A stretch of DNA of 25,746 nt from Bacillota bacterium (GTDB taxonomy: Bacteria; Vulcanimicrobiota; JAJTBE01). Below, one piece after another: positions 8,972 to 16,623 of the stretch (position 1 is its first letter; every line of letters begins with the position of its first letter). The stretch covers positions 1 through 25,746 of the forward strand of contig JAJTBE010000006.1 in assembly GCA_021287065.1 (NCBI GenBank), written 5' to 3'. Position numbers and translations under genes: made by a program. Below the pieces are notes generated by a model. The model was not told where the DNA came from and searched no databases. It worked only from the letters and a program-made list of their open reading frames with translations.

Positions 8972-10081
8972 ATGAAAAACAGGATAAAACTCCACAGGTA
9001 TTTCTTTGTTATTTTTGCAATTGTGGTAGCTGCCTTTCTTGCAAACACCTGCATGACTTCCTGCGCAGCGCCGGCTTCAAAACTGAACTGGGCTATAATT
9101 TCCCGCACCGGAGATCAGATCTATCCTTCAATGGTTGTGGTGTTTTCCACAGCGAAGCTTGAGGAGAAAAAAGAGCCGAACACAATGGGCATGCCTTTGG
9201 GACTGCTTGGCGTTTATGTGGTTTCGCCTTCTGATAATGCAAAAGTAAAAGTTGTCATCAACAGCCCTAAACTGGTGAAAACCAGTGTTTTCGAAGGAGT
9301 TCTGCCAAAAGCCGGGGTTAAGTATAAAATTTATCCCCATATCAAATATGATTATGATCAGCTTTACAAAGTAAGGCAGATCTTCCCTGAAGATGTTACC
9401 GCTGAAGTCTTTATCAACGGAGTTTCACAGGGTGAGAAGAATAAGATATTCTCCGTAATGTCTCTTAACGATTGTGTTTATGAGATGATAAACGGAAATG
9501 ATGAAGTTGATATATCGTGGATGTTTGCCGCCTATGTAAATGAAAATCATCCCCTTGTGGAGCAGGTTCTGAAAGAAGCCCTTAAAAAAGACATCTCTTC
9601 CTTTGCAGGTTATCAGGGAAATGCAGAAGATGTAAAGGCTGAGATAGAAGCTATCTGGCAGGCTCTTCAGGACAGGGGAATCAAATACAGCAGTATCAGT
9701 GTCCCCTCAGTTTCCTCCGACTATGTCAGCTGCCAGCATGTAAGGCTTCTCGGCGATTCCCTCAAAGGAAGTCAGGCAAACTGCGTCGATGGCACAGTGC
9801 TGCTTGCTTCAGTTCTGAAAAAAATTGAGCTTAATACTTATCTGGTAATGAATAATGAGCATATGTATCTTGGCGTCGATCTCACGGAAGACGGCAAAAA
9901 GAGAATATATATCGAAACAACAATGATTGACGATTCTGATCTTGATGATGCCATTCAGGCTGGAAAAGAGCAGTTTCAGGAAGATCAGAAGAAAAAAGGC
10001 GAACTCATTATTCTCAATGTTGATGAAGCCAGAGAAATGGGTGTTATGCCTCTGAAAGATGTCGGAAATAAGGCGGAATAG
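8972..10081 (+). CDS. Secreted hypothetical protein with an N-terminal signal peptide (MKNRIKLHRYFFVIFAIVVAAFLA...). The track start 8936 is upstream of the RBS; the likely start is ATG 8969/8972.
   Basis: RBS aggggga lies 5-7 nt before ATG 8972. There is a hydrophobic h-region and a long ORF with no informative motif. Confidence 0.65.
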   Translation: MKNRIKLHRYFFVIFAIVVAAFLANTCMTSCAAPASKLNWAIISRTGDQIYPSMVVVFSTAKLEEKKEPNTMGMPLGLLGVYVVSPSDNAKVKVVINSPKLVKTSVFEGVLPKAGVKYKIYPHIKYDYDQLYKVRQIFPEDVTAEVFINGVSQGEKNKIFSVMSLNDCVYEMINGNDEVDISWMFAAYVNENHPLVEQVLKEALKKDISSFAGYQGNAEDVKAEIEAIWQALQDRGIKYSSISVPSVSSDYVSCQHVRLLGDSLKGSQANCVDGTVLLASVLKKIELNTYLVMNNEHMYLGVDLTEDGKKRIYIETTMIDDSDLDDAIQAGKEQFQEDQKKKGELIILNVDEAREMGVMPLKDVGNKAE

Positions 10082-10262
10082 TCGTCGGATTGCTGAATGT
10101 TAACATTTTGTTAATGTGAAGAATGTATTAAATTTCCGTCTTGCATGATAAAATAAGTTGTTGGAAAATACCGTGTTTTTGGCTTTTATCCATGCCAGCG
10201 AATCAGTTTTATCCGGAAAGTTAAGATAAAAGTTTGAATATTATTTTTTTGAGAGGTTAAGT

Positions 10263-12044
10263 ATGAACAATTCCCTGTCATCCGTAACCAGCAGCGAAAT
10301 CCGTTTCCCCTCAAGGATAGAATCGGGAAAGATTTCACAGCCACAGGCTCCTCCGGTAGGTGAGGAATCCCTTCCGAAAGACGGAGTTACCATTACCGGC
10401 GGACAGCAGCCCGCTCCCGAAGCTCCCAAAATGGTAAAAGTCAGCGTTTTTCCTCAGGATCCCCTGATGGACAAACCGGTTACCGACCAGATTGAGCAGT
10501 CCAAAATCGGAAAGAATCTCGAAGGACCCAGAGCAAAAGCTATGGATAGCAGCAAACCGGTTGCTATAGCGGATCCCGACGGAAACTTCTTCTTTGATCC
10601 GGTAAAACCCGAGTTTGATCAGGCAAGTTCTTTTGTTTATGTTTATAAGACTCTCGATATGCACCAGAATTATCTCGGACACGAAGTCAAATGGGCATTC
10701 AACGACAAACAGCTTGATATCAACTCACACGCCGGCGAAGATAAAAATGCTTATTATGCAAGATGGCAGCAGTCAGTCAACTTCTTCCATTTCGAATCAG
10801 CCCCTCTCGGCAAAACCATTCAGACAGCGCAGTCCGTTGATGTGGTATCCCACGAAACAGGCCACGCCACCCTTGATGGCATGAAACCCAAATACCTCGG
10901 CGGCTGGGGCGGAGAAACCATGGCTTACCACGAAGCGTTTGCAGACTGCACAGCTATGCTTTACACCCTTGGTTCCGAACACAATATCGGCAAGATTATC
11001 GAAGAGACAGGGGGAGACCTCCGTCAGAATAACAGACTCTCCATGCTTGCAGAAGAGTTTGGAAAAGCTATTAAACTCGAAAATACGGATCCGAACGACG
11101 ACAATAAAACCTGGCTGCGCAACGCCAGAAATGAATTTAAGTATGTCCCGCCGGATCAGCTTCCCGACCACGGTCCCAGAGATGAACTCACTGCTGAAGT
11201 CCACAGCTTCTCAAGAGTATTCTCAGGCGCTTTCTATGATTGTGTGAACAGCCTTTATGACAGATTCGTATCAGAACTTCCCCCGCTTCCGCAGCCGGAA
11301 ACACCGGAAGGACAGCAGCCTCAGCCTCCTCAGCCCGATCGCATCGGTGCTCTGACAAAGGCAAGAGATGTTATCGGACCCCTTCTTGATAAAGGTACCG
11401 AACTCGCACCTACATCAGGAGCCACCTACAAGGAGATCGCCCTCGGAATGCTCAAGGCTGACGAGATGAACAACAACGGAGCTTATAAAAACGAACTGAC
11501 AAAGGTGTTCCTCGACAGAAATATTCTCACCAGCGATGATATTACTCAGACCAGAGCACTGGCAGATGTTAAGCTCGAAACACCCGTAGCCGGTAAGGAT
11601 GCCGCCCTCGAATTCCTTAAAGCCAATGCGGAAAAGATGGGCGTAGATGCTTCTGCATATACCGATGCCAATGTCATAACCAATAACAGAGGCGAAACAA
11701 TCATTGAGTTCGAAAGCTCCAGAGAAGTGCCTCTTTCACAGCATGGCATTTATCAGGTAGCCGGCGCCAGTGATCTTTACACCGATGTTTACGGCGGACT
11801 TACAGTGGCATTCGATAAATCGGGCAAACTGGTAAGCCAGTCGGAAGATCCCATTACACCTGAAAAGATTAAATCGGCAGTTGATCACATCAACAACGCC
11901 CGTAATGAGGAACTTATCCGCATGACTCCCCTCTACAAGGGCACAAACCTCTTTAAATCAAAGAATGTCCCCTATGTCGGCGAAGTTTATCAGGAGCCTT
12001 CAGGTAAGATGAAAATAAGGAGAATCCCCATTGCAGTGGATTAA
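10263..12044 (+). CDS. Thermolysin-like (gluzincin, M4-like) zinc metallopeptidase: HExxH 'VVSHETGHATLDG' and a downstream Glu ligand 'AYHEAFADCTAM'. It has a Pro/Gln-rich linker and no signal peptide.
   Basis: Spacing and context mirror thermolysin 'VVAHELTHAVTDY...(~20 aa)...AINEAISDIFGTLVEF' (established family knowledge). RBS gagagg lies 6 nt before ATG 10263. Confidence 0.8.
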   Translation: MNNSLSSVTSSEIRFPSRIESGKISQPQAPPVGEESLPKDGVTITGGQQPAPEAPKMVKVSVFPQDPLMDKPVTDQIEQSKIGKNLEGPRAKAMDSSKPVAIADPDGNFFFDPVKPEFDQASSFVYVYKTLDMHQNYLGHEVKWAFNDKQLDINSHAGEDKNAYYARWQQSVNFFHFESAPLGKTIQTAQSVDVVSHETGHATLDGMKPKYLGGWGGETMAYHEAFADCTAMLYTLGSEHNIGKIIEETGGDLRQNNRLSMLAEEFGKAIKLENTDPNDDNKTWLRNARNEFKYVPPDQLPDHGPRDELTAEVHSFSRVFSGAFYDCVNSLYDRFVSELPPLPQPETPEGQQPQPPQPDRIGALTKARDVIGPLLDKGTELAPTSGATYKEIALGMLKADEMNNNGAYKNELTKVFLDRNILTSDDITQTRALADVKLETPVAGKDAALEFLKANAEKMGVDASAYTDANVITNNRGETIIEFESSREVPLSQHGIYQVAGASDLYTDVYGGLTVAFDKSGKLVSQSEDPITPEKIKSAVDHINNARNEELIRMTPLYKGTNLFKSKNVPYVGEVYQEPSGKMKIRRIPIAVD

Positions 12045-12690
12045 ACTTAATAAAATAGTAGTAACCGGATTTCTGCTCATTGCTTTTATAGCAATGGGCA
12101 GAATTGTTTTTGCGTCGGAAATGGGCAAAGCAGCAACAAAAGGCGATTTGGCAAAGGTCAAATCCATAGCTGCCAAAAATCCCGGATCCGTGAATGAGAA
12201 AGATCAGGGAATGATGACCCCTCTTCACTATGCAGTGATGAACGGCCATAAAGCAGTAGCTGAATTTCTCATTTCAAAAGGCGCAAAGGTAAACGCCAGA
12301 GGCGAAGCAGGCGTAACCTGCCTTTTCCTTGCTCTCAATGAAAAGCATAAGGATATTGCCATTCTTTTAATCAACAAGGGTGCTGATGTCAACACCAGAG
12401 TTGAAAACGGAAAATCGCCCCTGCATGTTGCCTCTGAAAATGGATACATCGATGTGGTAAAAGCGCTTGTTTCCAAAAAAGCCAATGTCAACCCGAAAGA
12501 CGAAAACGGCGATACGCCTCTTCTTCTTGCAGTTGAAAAAAGCCACGCTGATGTAGCTAAGTTTCTGCTTTCGAAGGGAGCTAATGTCAATGCCCGTAAT
12601 AATTCGGGCCAGACCTCCCTGCGTATCGCCATGAGCAGCGGAAATAACGAAATGATAGAGTTGATCAGAAGTTACAGTGGAAAAGAATAG
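12031..12690 (+). CDS. Secreted ankyrin-repeat protein (signal peptide 'IVVTGFLLIAFIAMGRIVFA', 5-6 ANK repeats). TTG start overlaps the metallopeptidase gene end by 14 nt.
   Basis: ANK consensus repeats ('GMMTPLHYAVMNGHKAVAEFLISKGAKVNA', 'GKSPLHVASENGYIDVVKALV', 'GDTPLLLAVEKSHADVAKFLLSKGANVNA'). RBS aaggaga lies upstream of TTG 12031. The next in-frame ATG would delete the signal peptide. Confidence 0.8.
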   Translation: MQWIKLNKIVVTGFLLIAFIAMGRIVFASEMGKAATKGDLAKVKSIAAKNPGSVNEKDQGMMTPLHYAVMNGHKAVAEFLISKGAKVNARGEAGVTCLFLALNEKHKDIAILLINKGADVNTRVENGKSPLHVASENGYIDVVKALVSKKANVNPKDENGDTPLLLAVEKSHADVAKFLLSKGANVNARNNSGQTSLRIAMSSGNNEMIELIRSYSGKE

Positions 12691-12691
12691 T

Positions 12692-13714
12692 TTAGAATAT
12701 TCTTCCCATTGATTTGATCCGTTCTTCCATCTCTACCAGCAATTCCATCCAGCGGATATTGTAATAACGGGGGTGGCTGAGATCCATCTCGGTTTTGCCC
12801 TCAAGTCCTTCCCAGATAGCCAGAGCTGCCGGAGTAATGCCTCTTTTAGGTTCAAATCCGATAGCTCTTTTTATTTTGTCTCCGTTTACTCTGTATGAGC
12901 GTACCGGAGCGGATTCAAGATAACGGACATCAACTTCAAGCTGTTTCTTCTCTCTGAGAATATATTTAAGCCAGTGGGCAAGTTCAAGAATTCTGTAGTT
13001 TTTGTGGACAACATTGAAAATCTGTCCTTTTACCCGATCTTCCGGAGCATCAAGACAGGCGATGTATGCATCAACCGCATCATTAATGTCAAGAAGCGGG
13101 CGCCACATTTCGCCGCCGCCGTGGACTGTAACTCTGCCTTTGAGATATGCGTGGAGTGAAAAAGTATTGACGACCAGATCATAACGCATTCTGGGAGATT
13201 GTCCGAAAATCGTGCCTTTCCGGAGAATTACCGGGCAGAAACTATCGTCTTCAAGGGCTTTGAGTGCATTTTCGCCGTCAAATTTTGATTTTGAATAAGG
13301 TGCAGTGGGGCTTACCGGTGATTCTTCATCCAGCATTGTATCTTCAGGAGTGAGTGTATAATAAATGGAACAGGAAGATGCATAGACAAATCTTTTTACA
13401 CCTTTTTCCTTACAGGCTTCTGCAAGCCTGCGGGTTCCGATATGGTTCATTTCATCATTGGCTTTGGGATTGTATTCTGCAGTGGGATCGTTTGAAAGCC
13501 CTGCAAGGTGGATAACTCCGTCAATTCCGTCCAGAACCGAAGGCTCGACATCCCGGATATCGCCCTGAACAAGTTCTATGCGGTTTTCAACATCTTTAAG
13601 AGCGTCTTTTCCAAAATAGAGCTTGTCAAAAACCCTGACCTGTTTGCCCCGTTCGAGAAGCTGTTTGACCAGCAGACACCCTATATATCCGGCTCCGCCT
13701 GTTACAAGAATCAT
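12692..13714 (-). CDS. NAD-dependent epimerase/dehydratase (extended SDR family; GalE/UDP-sugar-epimerase-like).
   Basis: N-terminal Rossmann 'ILVTGGAGYIG' and catalytic 'YSKSK' (YxxxK). RBS aaggaga before the ATG. It is convergent with the upstream + strand block, 1 nt from the ankyrin gene stop. Confidence 0.9.
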   Translation of the reverse strand: MILVTGGAGYIGCLLVKQLLERGKQVRVFDKLYFGKDALKDVENRIELVQGDIRDVEPSVLDGIDGVIHLAGLSNDPTAEYNPKANDEMNHIGTRRLAEACKEKGVKRFVYASSCSIYYTLTPEDTMLDEESPVSPTAPYSKSKFDGENALKALEDDSFCPVILRKGTIFGQSPRMRYDLVVNTFSLHAYLKGRVTVHGGGEMWRPLLDINDAVDAYIACLDAPEDRVKGQIFNVVHKNYRILELAHWLKYILREKKQLEVDVRYLESAPVRSYRVNGDKIKRAIGFEPKRGITPAALAIWEGLEGKTEMDLSHPRYYNIRWMELLVEMEERIKSMGRIF

Positions 13715-13890
13715 AACTGTCTCCTTTCGGTTTATGAAAAAGTAAAAAATTCCAATAATAGATGTTTGTTCTTCAGATGGTTTCTATTACGGGCTTTTTA
13801 TTCCTCTGTTGTTCGATTTTTGATGAACAGGCAGGCTCATGGTTACAAAATTCCATGGTATCCCTGCAAAAAGGGAGGATTTAGACTAAT

Positions 13891-14165
13891 GTCACTGAAT
13901 TAGCAAAATTTACTCCAATTCCCAACCTAATACTCTTGTTTTTCAAGGAGGGAGGTTCGGAGGGTAACCTCGCTTTTTTAAAAAAGCGTGGTTCCCTCTG
14001 ACGGTCCCCAAACCCTACGGTCCCCGGTCGGTCCCCAATTCATAAGTTTTGGGAAGGAGGTCCGGAGGAAACTTTTTTCAAAAAAGTATCCTCCGGAAGC
14101 TGGGCAGACCGCTCCAGTTCCCGTGATCGACAAGATATATCTATGCCTTAATTCATGGGCATTGG
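13891..14165. repeat. Composite repeat element in inverse orientation. It contains module A (palindrome cgcttttttaaaaaagcg 13971-13988), three 'ggtcccc' direct repeats (14005-14040), module B palindrome ggaggaaacttttttcaaaaaagtatcctcc (14065-14095), and a 'cggaagctgggca...gccttaattcatggg' tail matching 21665-21730 (rc).
   Basis: Sequence identity to 1-273, 20905-21075 and 21665-22020. It sits in the 625-bp divergent intergenic region between the epimerase and the membrane-protein gene. Confidence 0.8.
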
Positions 14166-14340
14166 GATTTAGACTGTCAGTGGATTAATGATGACAGGAG
14201 GGTGTCTTTTCCTGATTTGTAAACAATTATTTATAGCAAATAACGCAGAGGCATTTCAGGTTTGTTCTTCCCATTTCGATATGAAAAATAATTGCATAAC
14301 GATGAAGTAATTGCAAATCATTGGATAAATAGAAGTTGAT

Positions 14341-14952
14341 GTGAAAAATTCGTTAAAGACATTCAATTTAACAATTCTGGCAATGCTTGCAGCTTGCAAC
14401 GGAATTCTTGAACTGACCATAGGCAGCTACCTGCATATGATTAAGTTTCCGATGGTCGGCGCTGTAATGGTCGGAATAAATGTGATTGTCTATACACTTG
14501 GATATTCAGTGGTTCCCAAAAAGGGAGCCGTTTTTTCTATGGGTATAATTACAGCCTTTCTCAATCTGGTCCTCGGAGGAGCTTTTAAACCCTGGTCAAT
14601 TCTTGCGATAATTCTCGAAGCTCTGATAATAGATCTGTTTTTTGCCGTAATGGGCTTCAGTTTTATTTCCGTGGCTGCATCTTCAGTTACTGCCAGCATT
14701 TTTGCTTTTGCATATACGGTTGGCGTTATTGCTGCCGTAGTGGGCAAGGGTGTGCTTTACTCCCTTAATTCCGCACTTTCCAGAATCGTTCCCGACCCTG
14801 CATTTCTTAAAACATCTCTCATTTTTGCCGCCGTTGTGATTATTGTAATTCATGCTGTTTCAGGTTTGCTTTTTTCATGGATAGCCTGGAAAATATCAAG
14901 CCGCATTGAATTGTTTCCGGGGAGGATTGCCAGTGGAAAACCGGTGGAATGA
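14341..14952 (+). CDS. Small polytopic membrane protein (about 5-6 TM helices), possibly an ECF-type/ThiW-like substrate-capture component; function unknown. The start is uncertain (GTG 14341 or a downstream ATG).
   Basis: Strongly hydrophobic ORF with a TM-helix periodicity. No riboswitch or identifiable motif. The assignment is by general resemblance only. Confidence 0.6.
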   Translation: MKNSLKTFNLTILAMLAACNGILELTIGSYLHMIKFPMVGAVMVGINVIVYTLGYSVVPKKGAVFSMGIITAFLNLVLGGAFKPWSILAIILEALIIDLFFAVMGFSFISVAASSVTASIFAFAYTVGVIAAVVGKGVLYSLNSALSRIVPDPAFLKTSLIFAAVVIIVIHAVSGLLFSWIAWKISSRIELFPGRIASGKPVE

Positions 14953-15670
14953 TATTATAAAAAGCCTCTTTGGGAGAGATGTCAGAATTGTTTATCCAAA
15001 ATTCTTCTATAGCAAGAAAAATCAGGTTACCCTCCTTTATCTTGAAAGCGCGGGAAAACAGTTTTGCGTAGTTGCAAAGTATTTCGTATGGGGAGATCCC
15101 GAAAAAGAAAAATACATCCTCGAAAAAGCTGCTCTGGAAGGTGTCAGAGTGCCAGCCGTTACCGCATCCTATGAAAATATTCTCTTTATTGAGTATATCC
15201 CGGGCACTACAATAAAAAGCATACTGGCTAACGGAGGCTTTTTCCCTGCAGAAACAACCGCTCAGTGGCTTGGGCAATTTCACCGCGCCCTGAAAACAGA
15301 AAACGGAGCGTTTCTTAAAGGTGATGCCATGCCTCCTAATTTTATCATCCACAAAGAATCAGAACTTGTATATGGAATAGATTTTGAAGAATCAGCCCCC
15401 GGACATATTGAAGAAGATATTGCCGACATTACAGCCACCATCAGGCTTATCGGCGGAGGCAGTGAGACGGACAGAGCCGGAATGACCGCTCGTTTTCTGC
15501 AAAGCTATCTCAAAGAAAATCCGGTTGAAATCAACTATAACAGATTAATTGAATACACTATCGAAGCATTTGAAAGAAGATATAGATATTTACCTGAATT
15601 AACCGATCGGATAAGTGAATATAAAGCTATTATTAAAAAAGAGGGCAAGGATTTTTTTCACCGTTTTTGA
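14933..15670 (+). CDS. Protein-kinase-like-fold protein (Kdo/lipopolysaccharide-kinase / RIO / APH-like small kinase). Probable start GTG 14933; the track start TTG 14906 overlaps the upstream gene.
   Basis: 'LKGDAMPPNFIIH' (catalytic-loop-like, cf. HGDLHxxNIL) followed by 'YGIDFEES' (DFG/IDFD-like). GGAGG (14920-14924) lies 8 nt before GTG 14933. Confidence 0.6.
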   Translation: MENRWNDIIKSLFGRDVRIVYPKFFYSKKNQVTLLYLESAGKQFCVVAKYFVWGDPEKEKYILEKAALEGVRVPAVTASYENILFIEYIPGTTIKSILANGGFFPAETTAQWLGQFHRALKTENGAFLKGDAMPPNFIIHKESELVYGIDFEESAPGHIEEDIADITATIRLIGGGSETDRAGMTARFLQSYLKENPVEINYNRLIEYTIEAFERRYRYLPELTDRISEYKAIIKKEGKDFFHRF

Positions 15671-15802
15671 ATATTTATCTGACAGGAGCACAACGGATTC
15701 CTGATCAAAATCATTAAATAAACAGAATTTCAATGTTGTGGATGCTCTCGCCGCAGGGCATACAAACACTGCCTGTATAAACATATAACAGGAGGACTCT
15801 TT

Positions 15803-16594
15803 ATGGAAATCAGACCCTGCATTATCGGACCGGATCTTTCCATAAGTTCCGATATAGTATATTCAATAATCGACGGTCCCGGACTTCCTATGCTGGGCAT
15901 AAAGGGCGGATCCTGGGAAACTACGCTGCTTCTCGGAGAATACCGTGAAATTGCTCTGGGTATGGATTTGATTATGCCTATGACTCTTCAGGGCACAACC
16001 GGCAAAAATGAAGCGGATCTGAGTCTTAATCTCACTGAAGAACAGAGAAATATGAAAGGTTCATTCTGCGGCCTTTTTGGTTCGTATTTCATCTATCCCA
16101 TCGAAAGCGGATTCTGGGTGAAAGGAACCAACGGAAAATACCTGCTTGATATGAGAATCAACGCCACAGGCAATTATACAAAGGTTTTCGGAACTATCGG
16201 AAATGATAAAATCGAAATAACCATCAATATGATTACGGAAACCACAATTCTGGTCCGTGGCTTTCATGGCTCCCAGAAAATAGAGATAAATGTAATATAC
16301 GGCAATGAGGGTATAAAGATAAAAGGAACCCATGGACCACACTTCCTTGATTACACTGTTACCGCAGGTGAGGACAGGGTTACTACAAAAGGAATAACAC
16401 AGGATGGGTTTGTAAATTACGATATGGTTCTTGAAGATGAAAGCAGTGTGAGAATCAAAGGCAAACCCGGCAAACTTGAAGCGGATTATATGCTCAACAT
16501 TTACGGCAACGGAATTGCCGTTAAGGGTGATGTAGGACTTTTTAAAGCCGACTATGCGTTTGTGCTGGGACAGCTTGACGGTGAGTCCGAGTAA
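15803..16594 (+). CDS. 263-aa Gly-rich periodic repeat protein of unknown function, with about 8 copies of a ~22-residue '[IV][KR]G-x2-G-x3-5-[DN]Y' unit (e.g. 'IKGTHGPHFLDYTV', 'KGITQDGFVNYDMV', 'IKGKPGKLEADYML', 'VKGDVGLFKADYAF'). It is encoded 30 nt upstream of the MVP gene.
   Basis: AGGAGG RBS lies 7 nt before ATG 15803. The internal periodicity is visible by eye. It has no similarity to an encapsulin/HK97 fold or to known vault partners. Confidence 0.7.
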   Translation: MEIRPCIIGPDLSISSDIVYSIIDGPGLPMLGIKGGSWETTLLLGEYREIALGMDLIMPMTLQGTTGKNEADLSLNLTEEQRNMKGSFCGLFGSYFIYPIESGFWVKGTNGKYLLDMRINATGNYTKVFGTIGNDKIEITINMITETTILVRGFHGSQKIEINVIYGNEGIKIKGTHGPHFLDYTVTAGEDRVTTKGITQDGFVNYDMVLEDESSVRIKGKPGKLEADYMLNIYGNGIAVKGDVGLFKADYAFVLGQLDGESE

Positions 16595-16623
16595 TTAAAA
16601 AAAGAACTGAAAGGGGAATTATC

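Noticed and set aside
10099-10115. Near-palindrome 'gttaacattttgttaat' upstream of the metallopeptidase gene, as a defined operator.
   Set aside because: The two arms are both copies of the self-palindromic HpaI-like hexamer and the centre is not symmetric. The evidence is too weak to call a regulatory site, so it is only mentioned within a finding.
13508-13903. 131-aa + strand ORF spanning the epimerase 5' end and the intergenic region.
   Set aside because: It overlaps the well-supported minus-strand epimerase and runs into the repeat-containing intergenic region, with no RBS.
14101-14340. TPP (THI-box) riboswitch upstream of the ThiW-like membrane protein ('ggagggtgtc...cctgatttg').
   Set aside because: The conserved CUGAGA element is missing, and the spacing between the GGGGUGC-like and CCUGAUC-like segments is too short. 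Probably a chance resemblance.
15803-16594. The 263-aa ORF as the missing encapsulin shell for the EncFtn cargo (its length is similar to family-1 encapsulins).
   Set aside because: The sequence is a Gly-periodic repeat protein with no resemblance to HK97-fold encapsulins (e.g. the T. maritima shell). Only the length matches.
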